64,000 nt of DNA from the human T2T-CHM13v2.0 reference genome, Homo sapiens, in the NCBI RefSeq assembly GCF_009914755.1, contig NC_060925.1; one strand, written 5' to 3'. This document shows positions 1-15,348 of this stretch, piece by piece. A program made the position numbers and the translations under genes. How positions within the stretch are numbered: position 1 is the first letter of the stretch; every line of letters starts with the position of its first letter. Below the pieces are notes generated by a model. That model saw only the letters and a program-made list of their open reading frames with translations, was not told the origin of the DNA and did no database searches.

Positions 1-307
1 GTAGTGAGGAGCCTCTTGGTCATAGATCCTTAAGGGACAGCAGCCATCTGGGGTCTTTTGTAGCCCCACAGTTTGTCTTATATATGGCAAGAAGGTGTTG
101 TGTGCAGTTTCACAGGTTATGCAAAGCAGGTGGGCTCTAAAAGGGTAAAAAAAAAAAAAGGGGGCTATATTTACAGCAATTGGATGTGCAAGAATTTGAG
201 TTTGGTGCCGGCAGGCTTGAGTTAATGATCCTGGGGTGTGGTACAGAAGTAAACACCATGGGTGTCAATACACAGAGGCCGACTTGAACCCATTTATTCA
301 ACAGTAA

Positions 308-613
<306 letters not shown>

Positions 614-834
614 TATTCAATAATAACAAAAAATGAGATTCATACTGACCACTGCTTTGCAACACACCTTTTCCACTTAAGCTCTATGGACCTCTTTCTG
701 GGTCTTTATGTCTATATTCTTCAACATTCTTCAAGCTTTTTTTTATGAAGTGGAATTTTTTTCCCCCAATGCATGAAGTGGAATTTTTTTCCCCCAATGC
801 ATTGTTTCATGGAATAAATATATGGAAAAAAAAT

Positions 835-931
835 ACACACACACACACACACACTACACACACATATCTATATGAAAATTATATATATACATTATATATA
901 TGTATATACGTGTGTGTGTGTGTGTGTGTGT
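835..931. repeat. Compound microsatellite (CA)n-(TA)n-(TG)n
   Basis: Directly visible. Confidence 0.95.
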
Positions 932-2088
932 TGGAGAGAAAAGAGTGAAATTCTGCTTGCTTTTGCCAGCTACCCCCTTCTGGCTTTCTGTTAAAGTCTA
1001 AGGCGATAAGCCTCTGCTATTATAAAATATTTTAATGGTTTTATGATATTCTGTGTAATAAGATTACTTAATGACCTGTTTGACAGACATTTTTATTTTT
1101 TTCCTAATTCTTCATATCATAACATTGCCATGAATGTCCTTGTAATCAAATCTATACATATTTCCATAATTATTCTTTGGTAAATTTTTTTCAAAACACA
1201 TGACTATTTTTATAGTTTTTGGATTTTTATTTTTTCTTAACTATGGTTATATTCTATCCCTGAAGCTGGCAATAATTTTCCTTGAGAGAAGAGAATGAAA
1301 TAAAAAATTAGTTGGGAATTTATTGCCTCTGTCACAAAAACACAGGTTAAGAGATGGGCCAGGTGGGCAGTTTCCAGGGTTCCAGTTCATAGGAGGGGCC
1401 AAGACAACACCAAAATGTAAGGAGATGGAAAAACTAGATTCACCAGAATTCCTCTTAGAAAAAGTCTCAGTGGGTGGTTGGAAAGAATACTTTCATAAAG
1501 GGCTGAAGATGGGGAAAGAGAGACAAGACGTCCTCAGGAACATGCTTGTAAAATAACATGTTCAAGGAATTGCCTTTTATTCAAAGTCCTTTTACTTTTA
1601 TCCAGTCCTTGAACTTTTATTGAAAGTTCAAACCACAGAGCTGGTTTGGCAAAGTGCATTGTACATATTTATTGACCTCCCCTGCCCTTGCTGTAGTTTT
1701 CAGTGATACCTCTAAATATTAAAGAAATATAATATTAAACTAATTAAACTAGCATAGCTTTTTTAAAAAGTTCCAGATTAACAGATTTGCATGTCCAAGG
1801 ATGCTCTGTCCCCCTCAGACTCATGCTCTCACTACTCTACTCTGTTCCAGTCCTCTCTCCAGCTCTCTGGAAACCCACTCCAAAGGGGCACTCACCACCT
1901 CATCTCTGCACAGGACTTCCCTTCCACCTCCCAGTCTTAACTTGCCTCCTCTGAGAGGCAGTATTTACCTGCAGCTCTCTTTGAATAAAGGCTGTTCATT
2001 TCCTGTGCCCTATGTGTCTCCATAAAGAGAGTGTCCCCACCTCCTCTTGCTGCTTGAGGAAGTGTAAAGTAATGTACAGGAGTCATCT

Positions 2089-2378
<290 letters not shown>

Positions 2379-2567
2379 CAGGAGTCATCTTCGACCAGAC
2401 GAAAGACAGCAGTGCTGAAAGATAACAGCCCAAACCCTGCCCATGTCCTGCATTGGGCCCACTTTTCACAGGCTCTTCGTGGTGTTTTCTACTTGGCATG
2501 GTTCCCTCCAAGAACTTTCTCAGCAGTCCTTACCAAAATCAAATCTGTTGTTAGACATGTTGCTTAG

Positions 2568-2853
<286 letters not shown>

Positions 2854-2869
2854 AGACGTGTTACTTAGA

Positions 2870-3590
2870 AACAGCATCAATGACAACAACAAATAACCTG
2901 ATTAAAAATGGGCAAAGGAACTGGAGAGACATTTCTGCAAAGAAGATATAAAAATGGCCAATAAACACATGAAAAGATATTCAAGATTTCTAATCACTAG
3001 GGAAATGCAAATGAAAACCACAATGAGATACCACCTCACACCGATTTGATGACTACTATAAAAAACAAAAACAAAAAGTATTGGCAAGCATGTGGAGCAA
3101 TTGGAACCCTTGTGAATTGCTGATGGGAATGTAATGGGCAGCCCCTGTGTAAAACAGTATAGTGATTCCTCAGACAATTAAAAATAGAATCACCGTATGC
3201 TCCAGCAATTCTACTTCTGGGTATATACATGAAAGAATTGAAAGCAGGGACTCCAGTGTATTTGCACATCCATGTTCATAGTAGCATTGTCCACAATAGC
3301 CAAAAGGTAGAAGCAACTCAGTGTTCATTGACAGATGAAAGGATAATGAATGGGTAAACATATGCGATGTATATGTACAATGGAATATTATTAAATTTGA
3401 AAAGGGAATGAAATCCTGACATATGCTACAGTATGGATGGGCCTTGAGGACATTATACTAAGTGAAATAAACCGTCACAAATGGACAAATACAGTATGAT
3501 TCCTCTTATATGACATACCTAGTCAATTTCATAGAAACAGAAAGGATGGTGGTTGCCAGGGGGTGGGGAGAGGGGATAATGAGGAGTTAG
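2870..3590 (+). mobile_element. Old L1 (L1M-type) ORF2 end and 3' UTR fragment
   Basis: Typical L1 sequence such as AAAATGGGCAAAGGA, GGGAAATGCAAAT and CATGTTCATAGTAGCATT. Confidence 0.85.
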
Positions 3591-3912
3591 GATACCAACA
3601 AAGGGCAGAAACAACCCACGCTTATCGGAGCCATCCCCTCACCCTAGACACATATTCTCTTACATAATTTATTCCTCTTATTTTCTAAACTTAGCAGATA
3701 TAATTCAGTGCCTACAGCTTCATTCGTGGGCCTCTTCCAATATTCTCTTTTCAAGATAGCAATTCCAAATTTGTATACTTTTGAGTGACTTTGCATCTTA
3801 ATGTCTCCTTTACCCTCCCTTTAGAGCAGGCTGATTTGGAGAAAGAATACCTGGCGAGTACTGCAAAACAGGACAGCCATCAAAGATTCTTCCCTGATGA
3901 CATCTCAGTTTC

Positions 3913-3952
3913 TTTTTTCTTTTTCTTTTCTTCTCTTTTCTCTTTTCTTTTC

Positions 3953-3994
<42 letters not shown>

Positions 3995-4057
3995 TCTCTT
4001 TCTCTCTTTCTTTCTTTCTTCCTCTCTTTCTTTCTCTTTCTTTCTTTCTTTCTTTCT

Positions 4058-4138
<81 letters not shown>

Positions 4139-4421
4139 TTTCTTTCTTTTTCTCTCTCTGTCACCTAGGCTGGAGTGCAGTGGTGTGATCTGAGCTCACT
4201 GCAACCTCCAACTCCCGGGTTCAAGCGATTCTCTTGCCTCAGCCTCCTGAGTAGCTGGGACTACAGGCATGAGCTACCACACCTGGCTAATTTTTGTACT
4301 TTTAGTGGAGATGGGGTTTCATCATGTTGGCCAGGCCGGTCTCGAACTCCTGACCTCAAGTGATCCACCCTCCTTGGACTCCCAAAATGCTGGGATTACA
4401 GGTGTGAGCCACCATGCCAGG
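3913..4421 (-). mobile_element. AluS with tail expanded into ~250-bp (TTTC)n array (3913-4158)
   Basis: 15-bp TSD TGACATCTCAGTTTC at 3898-3912 and 4422-4436 encloses both array and Alu body. Confidence 0.95.
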
Positions 4422-5253
4422 TGACATCTCAGTTTCGTGAGCATCAACGTGGCCTCTGTTCTCTCCTTATGAAAACAGTTCTTTTCCCACTTTCCTGGCA
4501 GCTTCCCTGCAGCCCTTCTCCTCATCAAACAACTATTACGTAAAAATTTTAAAATTTGATGTTCTAATCATAAAAATGCATTCTTCTTATTGTTGTTATT
4601 ATTTGAAAATTAAATGACCCCAAAATAGGCACACAGCAGACATAACTTGTTTTTTTCAGCTATTTGTAAAGGAGCTGAAAAGGTTAGATTAATCCAAGTA
4701 GTTTTACTTCAGATGTTGAGTACAAAATGGGATGTAAACTTGAGTTATAGTATTTTTCTTCAATCTGCTCCTTTTTAAAGGTATAATCCTGTTTGTTAAA
4801 TGAATTTTACTTAACTATGGAAATAAATGTATCCAGACTGGAAAACTGGTTCCAATTTTTAAACTCTTCCATACTTAGTGTTCTCAGAAGATCAGGGACC
4901 GATGAGGCCTGAGAAACTATTTCAGCCGTGCCCTCATTTCTCTCCTGAGGAAACTGTGTTCAAAGATGTCTTAAGTGATTTGATCCAAAGTCTTTCTGAG
5001 CAAGGTCTCAGCCCTGGCTTTCAGAATCCCAGCCTGCTGCGCTGCTGGTTCTTTCCAACATCATCATCAACAACCACCTACCAACACCCACGTTTCTCTT
5101 TGTGGACCTAACTTTAGAAAGGTTTGTTCCATCAAGCTGCACTTAAATAATAATCCTTTGTCAATTAAATATTCTGGTATCAGATAATCTCTGCTACCCT
5201 ATTGAACGGACATAAGTCCAGCCAAAAGGACAGAAATGCCATATCATTTCTTT

Positions 5254-5881
5254 CTTTTTTTTTTTTAACTCATCCATGTTTCTGTTTATATATAGGATAA
5301 CAAATTCAGAAACAATGGGAAAATAATATATGAAACCTTAATAGGAAATATAATAGAGATTACAAAACACCACCATTTGATTTTTTTATGCAAATACTTC
5401 AATATTCCAATATTTTTACTCACTTGTTAAATAAAGCACACGCCTCGAAATGCTAAATAATTCTGTTAGTCTAAATCTTTTAAAGAATAAAATGTTGGTG
5501 AAAAACCAAGATTGTTTAGTAAGGTATGTACGACCTTGTTTATTATCTATCATAGATATCAAGATGATCATAGTTAATACCAATTTAAGCTTTACAGAAT
5601 AATGTTTTAGGCCCAATATTGATATATTAAATGAAGGTATCAGAGAATCTTGTATTTATGGCATCAGGTTATAAAGATCTATTCAAAACCATTTTTGTCA
5701 AAGTTTAAACCCTGGAACAAAAGTCAAATTGTTTCTAAATGAGACACAAAATGATTCTTGCTAATAGTACAAATTTTGTCCCATGGGTAATACTATTGTC
5801 TTTTTCTTTTTTAAAAAAATTATTTCGATTTTTATTTTAGATTCAGGGAAGACATGGGCAGGTTTGTTAGCTGGCTATACT
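5254..5881 (-). other. Retroposed, 5'-truncated polyadenylated fragment (3' transduction or processed 3'UTR retrocopy)
   Basis: Poly-T at 5255-5266, TSD TA(T/C)CATTTCTTT at 5242-5253 and 5882-5893, TTTT/AA endonuclease site, L1-like 3'-end stub at ~5820-5880. Confidence 0.7.
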
Positions 5882-6287
5882 TACCATTTCTTTTAAACGT
5901 TTTGACATGTTCAAATTGTTAGTTTCTGTTATTACCAGAGAGAACCACTAGAGGTCAGGGAAAACCCCTGCCCAGGACAGTGCTTCTGTCCTACCACCTG
6001 CAGCAGTCGGAACCCTCTGGATCTGTCTGTACAACAGAGACCCCAAAGCCCCCTTCCCAAGAAGCACTTGGTCTTGTGTCCCACATACTTAACTAATAGC
6101 ATGTCTTTTTTCTTCTGCCTACTCATGGATTTGAGGCTAACATCCTTCCCTGCTTAAGTTGGATTTTGCACATTTTTTAATCTGCTCATGCGATTTAAAC
6201 ATCTTTCCATCTGGCTACAAAGGCACCTTAATTCCATTCCATTGGATTCCTTATATCCCGAAAGTAAATGCTTTCATACGTTTTTAA

Positions 6288-6395
6288 TCAAATTTGATAA
6301 ATTTTGATGAAAATTCTCTCGATAAATTTTGATACAAATTTTGATGATAATGTTGATGAAATCTGAAGAATTTTGATGAAAATTTGATGGAATTC
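6288..6395. repeat. Degenerate ~11-bp tandem repeat (AAATTTTGATG)n
   Basis: About 8 imperfect copies visible. Confidence 0.75.
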
Positions 6396-7910
6396 TGCAC
6401 TCTTTTCATATAATGTAAATCTGATGGGGCCAAAGCCTTAGAGATATAAAAATGACTTCTAAACATGACATAGTGTTTCACAGCTATATTATTTTAATGT
6501 CATACTTTTTTCTCAGGTTACTGCGATGAACCAATGGCTTTTCATTGACACAATTTGTTTCAATTATTTGTAGTCATCAGTTCTTTTTCAGTGATCAAAA
6601 TGTCACAATTTAGCCAAAGGAAACTTTTAACTGGCCCACGTAGCCTTTTTACAAAAAATGCACAAAATATTTAAAGTATCTTTGCTTTTCGGCAACAAGA
6701 TGCCACAGGCCCATTTTGTACATCTGGTCCCAGATGTGAGATCTACCAATTTTCCTAGTCCCAATTTCTCTCAGAGAAAGAAAGCAGGGACCCAACCATG
6801 AGCACTGTGGGAGACCACGGCAAGCGGATCACCTGCCGTGATATTAGAGACCCAACCATGAGCACTGTGATGTGCTTATCTGGCTTCGTGCTGCTGGGAT
6901 GATAGAACTTATGGGCCGTTTCAATGGACGGTCATGGGAAAAGTATACATACACACAGACAAACATATGTCTAAGAAGTTCACAGCCATTTTCAAGTTAG
7001 TCCCAATATTACTTCACAACCATAATACGTAAATTCTTAATCCTATACTCAAACTATAATTGTGCTTCATTTTCTTTTTAATGGATGACTCATATTTGCC
7101 ATTCTGAAGCTCTTGATTCATAACAAAGCTAACGTAATCACTTATTTATTTTAGATCCAAAGTAGGTCCAATAAAATAAATAGGTCCAAAATAGCGATAC
7201 TGTACTAACTATAAAGCCACTAAGTAGAATTCCAGTGTTTATTTGTAAATTGCCTTTGTCCTTAGAGTGCAGGATACAGAGGGTATAGGATACAGAGTAC
7301 AATTACTTTGATCTAGAGTACTCTGAAATAAATCCTCACTCTGTGGGTTACAGAAGTCTATCCAAATGTTTCCGTTCGTTTTCCGTTTGAGTTCTTAGGA
7401 TTTTAGCTTTCACTTTCTGCTTAGAGTCTATATGGGGTCGGAGGCAAAAGGGTAAGTCAGTTTTATCACGAGGACAAATAGAAATATCCTAACAGTTCAA
7501 TGTTCAAAGTACCAGAAAAAATTTCATTTATTCACTGTCTGCCTCACCTCCAATGACTTATTGCCCAGAAGTTACATGTACAAGATTTACATGTGCATAA
7601 AAAGCTGTACAAATCCATTCTGACTTCCAATATTCCTCTGAATATATTTAGGAGCTACAGTTTTGTGTATTCAATTAAATTTTAATTATACTACATCCGG
7701 TCCTGAGAGCTTTATGATTTATCTTCTTCCTCCCTGCACCCCAGCTTCCAGTTTTTCTTTTTTCTCTGTCATATATGACAGCATTCCCTTCCAATTAACA
7801 CAGTATACATGTTAAGTATCATCATATCAAGTCACAGTTATAAATTATAATAGTTAGTTTTACAATATGTTTACTTGTATATGCCAAGACACTTTTCCTT
7901 GTTGCTGTTT

Positions 7911-8224
7911 TGTTTTGTTTTCTCTCTCTTTTTTTTTTTTTTTTTATTTGAGATGGAGTCTCACTCTGTCGCCCAGGCTGGAAGTGCAGTGATGCGAACT
8001 CACCTCACTGCAGCCTCCACCTTTCGGGTTTTAGCGATTCTCCTGCCTTAGCCTCCCAGGTAGCTGGGATTACAGGCACACGCCACCACGCCTGGCCAAT
8101 TTTTGTATTTCTAGTAGAGACGGGGTTTCACCATGTTGGCCAGGCTGGCCTTGAATTCCTGACCTCAGGTGATCTGCCTGCCTCGGTCTCTCAAAGCGCT
8201 AGGCATCAGCCACCGTGCCCGACC
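7911..8224 (-). mobile_element. AluS SINE
   Basis: Reverse Alu with TSD CCTTGTTGCTGTTT. Confidence 0.95.
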
Positions 8225-9562
8225 CCTTGTTGCTGTTTTCTAAATATAGTAGTAATTATTAAGATAGTTTAATCTACCTAGAGGGATGTAAATGTATATA
8301 GTAGAATGGCATACTGTTGGCAAGGGAGATAGAGACCAATGCAGGGTTTTCAGGTTTTGTCAGAAATGTCCTTTTAACTTATAAGGCTGTAATTCTGACC
8401 TGAATTCTCTACACATGTATTTTTCTATTATCAATATTATTAAAGGCAGATAGTTCCATCGTTTTTTTAATCTTCAGTGGCTTTTGGATATGTACAGTCC
8501 AATAAGACATAATTCCGTTACATTGTTAAATAATTCTTTTAAATGTTAGGTATTATGCTTTAAAACTTTATCCAGGGGAGACTTCTGATTCTGCTTCTGA
8601 TATAGAATGATTCAAAAGACTTTTCAATCTGGTGGTAACACAGATGTAAATCTGTGCACACACAAATTAAAATTGCATTATATTGTGGTATCAAAGAGTG
8701 TTGAGTGCAAGACAGCCTTGGTGCCTGGGATTCCAGAGAAGGGCATGGCTTTCACGGGTGAGCAGCGAGCTGCAGCCGTTTCCACGCCTGGGCAAGTCAC
8801 TGATCTGGGCAGGGCTGGGCGGAAAGTGGGCTTTTTCCATAAAGTGGGCTCTTTTCTGAAAAAGTGAGCCTGGCACTCAGGCGCCTCTTCTGGCGTGAGC
8901 GGACGCCAGCCATGCTTTTATAATAGTTACGGTGTGGGCTGGAAGGACAGATTGGAATTTGCAAAAGCCCCAAATAAGAAAATAAACAAATCACACAGCC
9001 CCGTGATGCCACCCTCACTCCTGCAGTTATGCTGAGAAAGCCGCGGGAGGAAGCCTTGCCAAGCAGAGCTTGCATGCTTGCTTGTGCATCCGCACAGTGG
9101 TTGGTGCCTCGGCTCTCCTGAAGTTGAAGCCAAAAGTGAACCCAAACGCCTACGCTGCACTCCATCTCCTCCCAGCTGAAAGCCCCACAAGACCAAAGGC
9201 TTTGGGCCCTGGACCATGATGGCCCAGAAGGTCCAGGCTTGAGCTAGCCAGAGGTGAATGCACTCTGATTAGCGCTCCGGCCCAGCCCCACCACAGCTGA
9301 GCTAACTCTTGGTAGGTTTTAATGGTCAGTCCCTCAGGACAGCCACCAGCAACAAAAAGGCTTGCTCTTAAATTTTAAAAATTCTTCATATTCCACAAGA
9401 AACAATATATGGAAGACCCTTGTTTCATGTTTGTAGCAAATTCTAGTTGAAATACCCTTTAACTGCAATTCCATGATACATTGTATTTATGTCAAGTCTT
9501 TGCCCTTTATCTTCAGTGTAAGAACTCTAACCCTTCAGATGAAATAAAAATGTGCTGTGCTT

Positions 9563-9876
9563 GGCCGGGCACGGTGGCTCACGCCTCTAATCCCAGCACT
9601 TTGGGAGGCCACGGCGGGCGGATCACCCGAGATCGGGAGTTCAAGACCAACCTGACCGACATGGAGAAACCCCGTTTCTACTAAAAATACAAAATTAGCC
9701 AGGTGTGGTGGTGCATGCCTGTAATCCCAGCTACTAGGGAGGCTGAAGCAGGAGAATCACTTGAACCTGGGAGGCAGAGAGGCAGAGGTTGCGGTGAGCC
9801 GAGATTGTGCCATTACACTCCAGCCTGGGCAACAAGAGCGAAAATCTGTCTCAAAAAAAAAAAAGAAAGAAAAAAA
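9563..9876 (+). mobile_element. AluS (Sp/Sq-like) SINE
   Basis: Full Alu with TSD-like GTGCTGTGC flanks. Confidence 0.95.
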
Positions 9877-10984
9877 GTGCTGTGCCTGAGATTTCTAACT
9901 GTGCATTTTATGGGGCCTGCATGATTACCACAGATATGTATTTGAGGAGAAAAACACTTAAATGTAAATGTTAAATTTCTTTTTCTACTACATCATCTAC
10001 TTTTATCACTTTTTGAACTAAAAGGTATTTAATGTGGAAGGCCCCAATAAAAAATGATCTTTAAAAAAATAAATTTTTTAACCTAAGGAAAGATAATTTT
10101 TTACCATCCTTTTTTTTTTTTTAGGCTGCACCAAAAACTGAGGCTTAGCTGGTATACAAGACTGCCACTACCACCACCTCTATGCCCCCCACCTTCCTTT
10201 TAAGTTGCAATCTTTGGAAAATTAAAAATATTTTCCTATCTAGTTCATGGTTTATAACCAGTTCTTATCAGCCAAAGATGTACTTCTTCCTGAGTCTAAA
10301 TCTATCTTGTAAAAATAAATTAATTGTTTTAAACAACTTTAATTCATACAGTCTCAGGTCTATCCACATTCTCTTACTCTAAATTCACACATTTATTACA
10401 AAATGAAAGAGTAAAGAGTTAAACATAAGGTCCTTATGTCTACAAATGGAAACTTGGTTTTCAATTAAATATGTATAGCTGTTTCTATGCAAGTCATTCC
10501 AAATAAGCAATTATTTTTAAGCTTCTGAGGTCTCTACACATTTTTGAACTCAATAACTGACGATGTGTTTTCATGAATCTTAGCTCTCCAATGTACTTGC
10601 TCCTTTGGAGAACAAGTTTCTAATTCTTATCAGTAAAGAAAGATTCCTACAAGAGGTGAATGTTGTGGGTTGTCACTCAGCATTCTTCTCACCCTCCTTC
10701 CAGCGTGCAGAGTCTAGGAAGTGAAATCATGTTCCAGGGTCCCTCGGGTACTGGAGGAAATTGAGCAAGTTAGCTTAGACTAATCAGGTGCACTCCCGAG
10801 AGTTTTGGAAGGCAGAGAGGGTGGAAGCCATGCTTCAACTGTTTATGCTGCTTCTGCTGACAAGGGCAGTCCTGCAGATGTTGGGATTTTTTGTGCCAGA
10901 ATGCCAGCGTCTGGTCCTCAGTCTCATGGGTATTTAGAGAAAGGGGAGGGGGTGCCTGTGTGTTGCCAGTGCAGACCAGCAGTC

Positions 10985-11672
<688 letters not shown>

Positions 11673-11960
11673 AGGCAAGGCTGGGACTGTAGCTAACTGT
11701 CGGGATTTGGGAGCTTGCTAGGTGGCAGCTGAGGTGCTAATGTCCTTACAGCCACCAGGTCCAGTGGCAGCCTCCTGGTGCCCAGCTTCCTCACTACAGC
11801 ACAAGTAACAGCTCAGTGGTCATTCTAGGAGTTACACTGGAGATGGCCCAGCCTAGAGCTTGCTATTCTAGCCCTTTGTGAAATGTGGAAGCACTGAAGT
11901 CCGTATATCAAATCCTGTATCCACATGGCCATCTTAAAGGCTCAGGATAGGAAAACCAGT

Positions 11961-12293
11961 TGTCATAGTCCGTTCAGGCCACTATAAAAAACATCATAAA
12001 CTGGGTAACTTGTAAACAACAGAAACTTACTTCTCAGAGTTCTGGAGGTTGGCAAGTCCAAGATCAAGGTGCCAGCTGATTCTATCTCTTGCTGCGTCCT
12101 CATAAGGCAGAAGGGGTGAGGGGTTTCTCTCTTGGGCCTCTTTTTATAAGGACATTAGTCCCATGAGGGCTACATTTCATGACCTAATCACCTCCCAGAG
12201 GCCTCCCATGCCCAATACCATCAACTTGGGGTTAGAAATTTAACACATGAATTTGGGGGTTGAAGGGGGGACACAGACATTCAGACCATAGCA
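11961..12293 (-). mobile_element. MaLR LTR (MLT1A/MST-like)
   Basis: CAGAGTTCTGGAGG..AAGTCCAAGATCAAGGTGCCAG and ACATTCAGACCATAGCA signatures. Confidence 0.85.
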
Positions 12294-12855
12294 TTGGCAT
12301 GGAACCACAGGACCCTTGGAGATTGAGAAGGGCATAGGTGATCAGGGATTCAAGGGTATTTGCTGGGTCATAACCAGTAGAGTAGAATGTTTCCAGTGAG
12401 GGCCTGTAAAAAACTATGGACAACCAGCTTCAAACACCTGGTAGGCCTTGTGGGTGAGACAACACCTTGGGCAATACTAGCCATGGAAGATGTTTTCTGC
12501 ACTCTTCTCTGTTTTGGCCCTGGAAGAGTCAGAAACCAGTTTACAAGCTTGGGAGACTGAGAAACACTAGGTGGGGGAAGCAGAAGAGAAATTGTTGTTT
12601 CTCCCCAGTCCCTACTCTCTCACCACCACTGCACACAGGTACACACCCACATCAGGTGCTGCCTGAGGAGAGAAGATTTACTTTAAATCAAGTTCAAGGT
12701 TCTGAGTATTACATGGAATTGAACATTATACGATTTAGGATTATATAGATGAAGATTATGTTTAGTTATTTATTTGTTTATTTTTATTTTATTTTTTTTT
12801 TTGAGACAGAGGTTGGGACTTATTACTTCTGTGTGAATAGAAAAACTACAGGACT

Positions 12856-13167
<312 letters not shown>

Positions 13168-13453
13168 CCCTACAAGACTACCTAAGTTTTCACCGAGGAG
13201 CAAGAGACTCATTCTCTGAACAGAATAACTTGTAGAGAGACAAGGGAATGCAACATAAAGACAGTTTCTGATTACATCTCCTTAAATTCTGCTTGTTCAC
13301 TGGTTATAGAGACTTAATCTGGAGATCAATTTTTAATTGTTCTAGTGTTTTGCCTTTAAAGGCAAACTAAATGTTGTTGTGATATTTGAACAGTATTTTG
13401 TACTGACAAAAACACATTTTAGGCCCATGGATGTTCTACCTTCGTCTCTATTT

Positions 13454-13871
13454 GTATTAGTCCGTTCTTGCACTGCTATAAAGAAATACCTGAGACTCAG
13501 TAATTTATAAAGAAAAGAGGGTTAATTTGCTCACAGTTCTGCTGGCTATACAGGAAGCATGATGGCTTCTGCTTCTGGGGAGGCCTCAGGAAACTTACAA
13601 TCATGGCAGAAAGTAAAGGGGAAACACGCAAACATGGCCAAAGAAGGAAGATGAGAGAGAGAAGGGGGAGGTGCACACCACCCACTTTTAAACGACCAGA
13701 TCTCGCGATAACTCACTCACTATTACTAGGATAGCACTGAGGGGATGGTGCTAAGTCATTCATGAAGGGCCACCCTCATGATCCAATCACCTCCCACCAG
13801 GCCCCACCTCCAACAGTGGGGATTACAATTCAACATGAAATTTGGTGGGGACATAGAACCAAACTATATCA
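13454..13871 (-). mobile_element. MaLR LTR (MSTA/MSTB-like)
   Basis: TGTATTAGTCCGTTCTTGCACTGCTATAAAGAAATACCTGAGAC..CCAAACTATATCA. Confidence 0.9.
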
Positions 13872-14368
13872 CCATTTGATAAGCAGCCTAGGGTTCTTTG
13901 AGGTCGGTTTTGTACAAAAAAAAAAGGGACTACAAGGGTCTCTGTTTGTTTATAAAGTAATAGTTGCTTTAGCAAAATTACAAATCTACAAATCTACTTT
14001 CTCTTAACCTTTTAAATTCAAATTACATACTGTTTTAAACTATTTACTCACCCGATAAAATTTTACAATTACTGTAAGGAGGCACTTTTACTGTTTAGTT
14101 AATTCTCCTAAACATTTCAAGCAACTTTTACAAATTTAATATTTGACTTTCTTTTCAAGTACTTCAATTCTATAACAAAACTCTAAGTAATTCTTATAAA
14201 TATAGTAAGTTAAATTCATTTTCATACCCATTTCACCTGAAATTGAATTGTACATAAATTTTATATACTATTTTACATATAAAGACTCTATGTTTTTAAG
14301 ATTAAATATAAGTCATTACTTATTACCTTATTACATAAGTTAAATAAAAGCGTAAATCAATTAGCTGA

Positions 14369-15348
<980 letters not shown>

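Noticed and set aside
1-275. Possible old ERVL LTR fragment at window start
   Set aside because: Truncated by the window edge; family cannot be assigned by eye
3785-4193. Hydrophobic F/L/S and charged K/E/R ORFs resembling membrane or coiled-coil proteins
   Set aside because: Reading frames of the (TTTC)n microsatellite
6789-6869. Repeat-spacer-repeat resembling a mini CRISPR array
   Set aside because: Only two repeats, eukaryotic context, no cas genes, and the spacer is Alu-derived
8878-8897. Possible CTCF site (CCAGAAGAGGCGCC, minus strand)
   Set aside because: Core spacing is one base off the consensus; weak match
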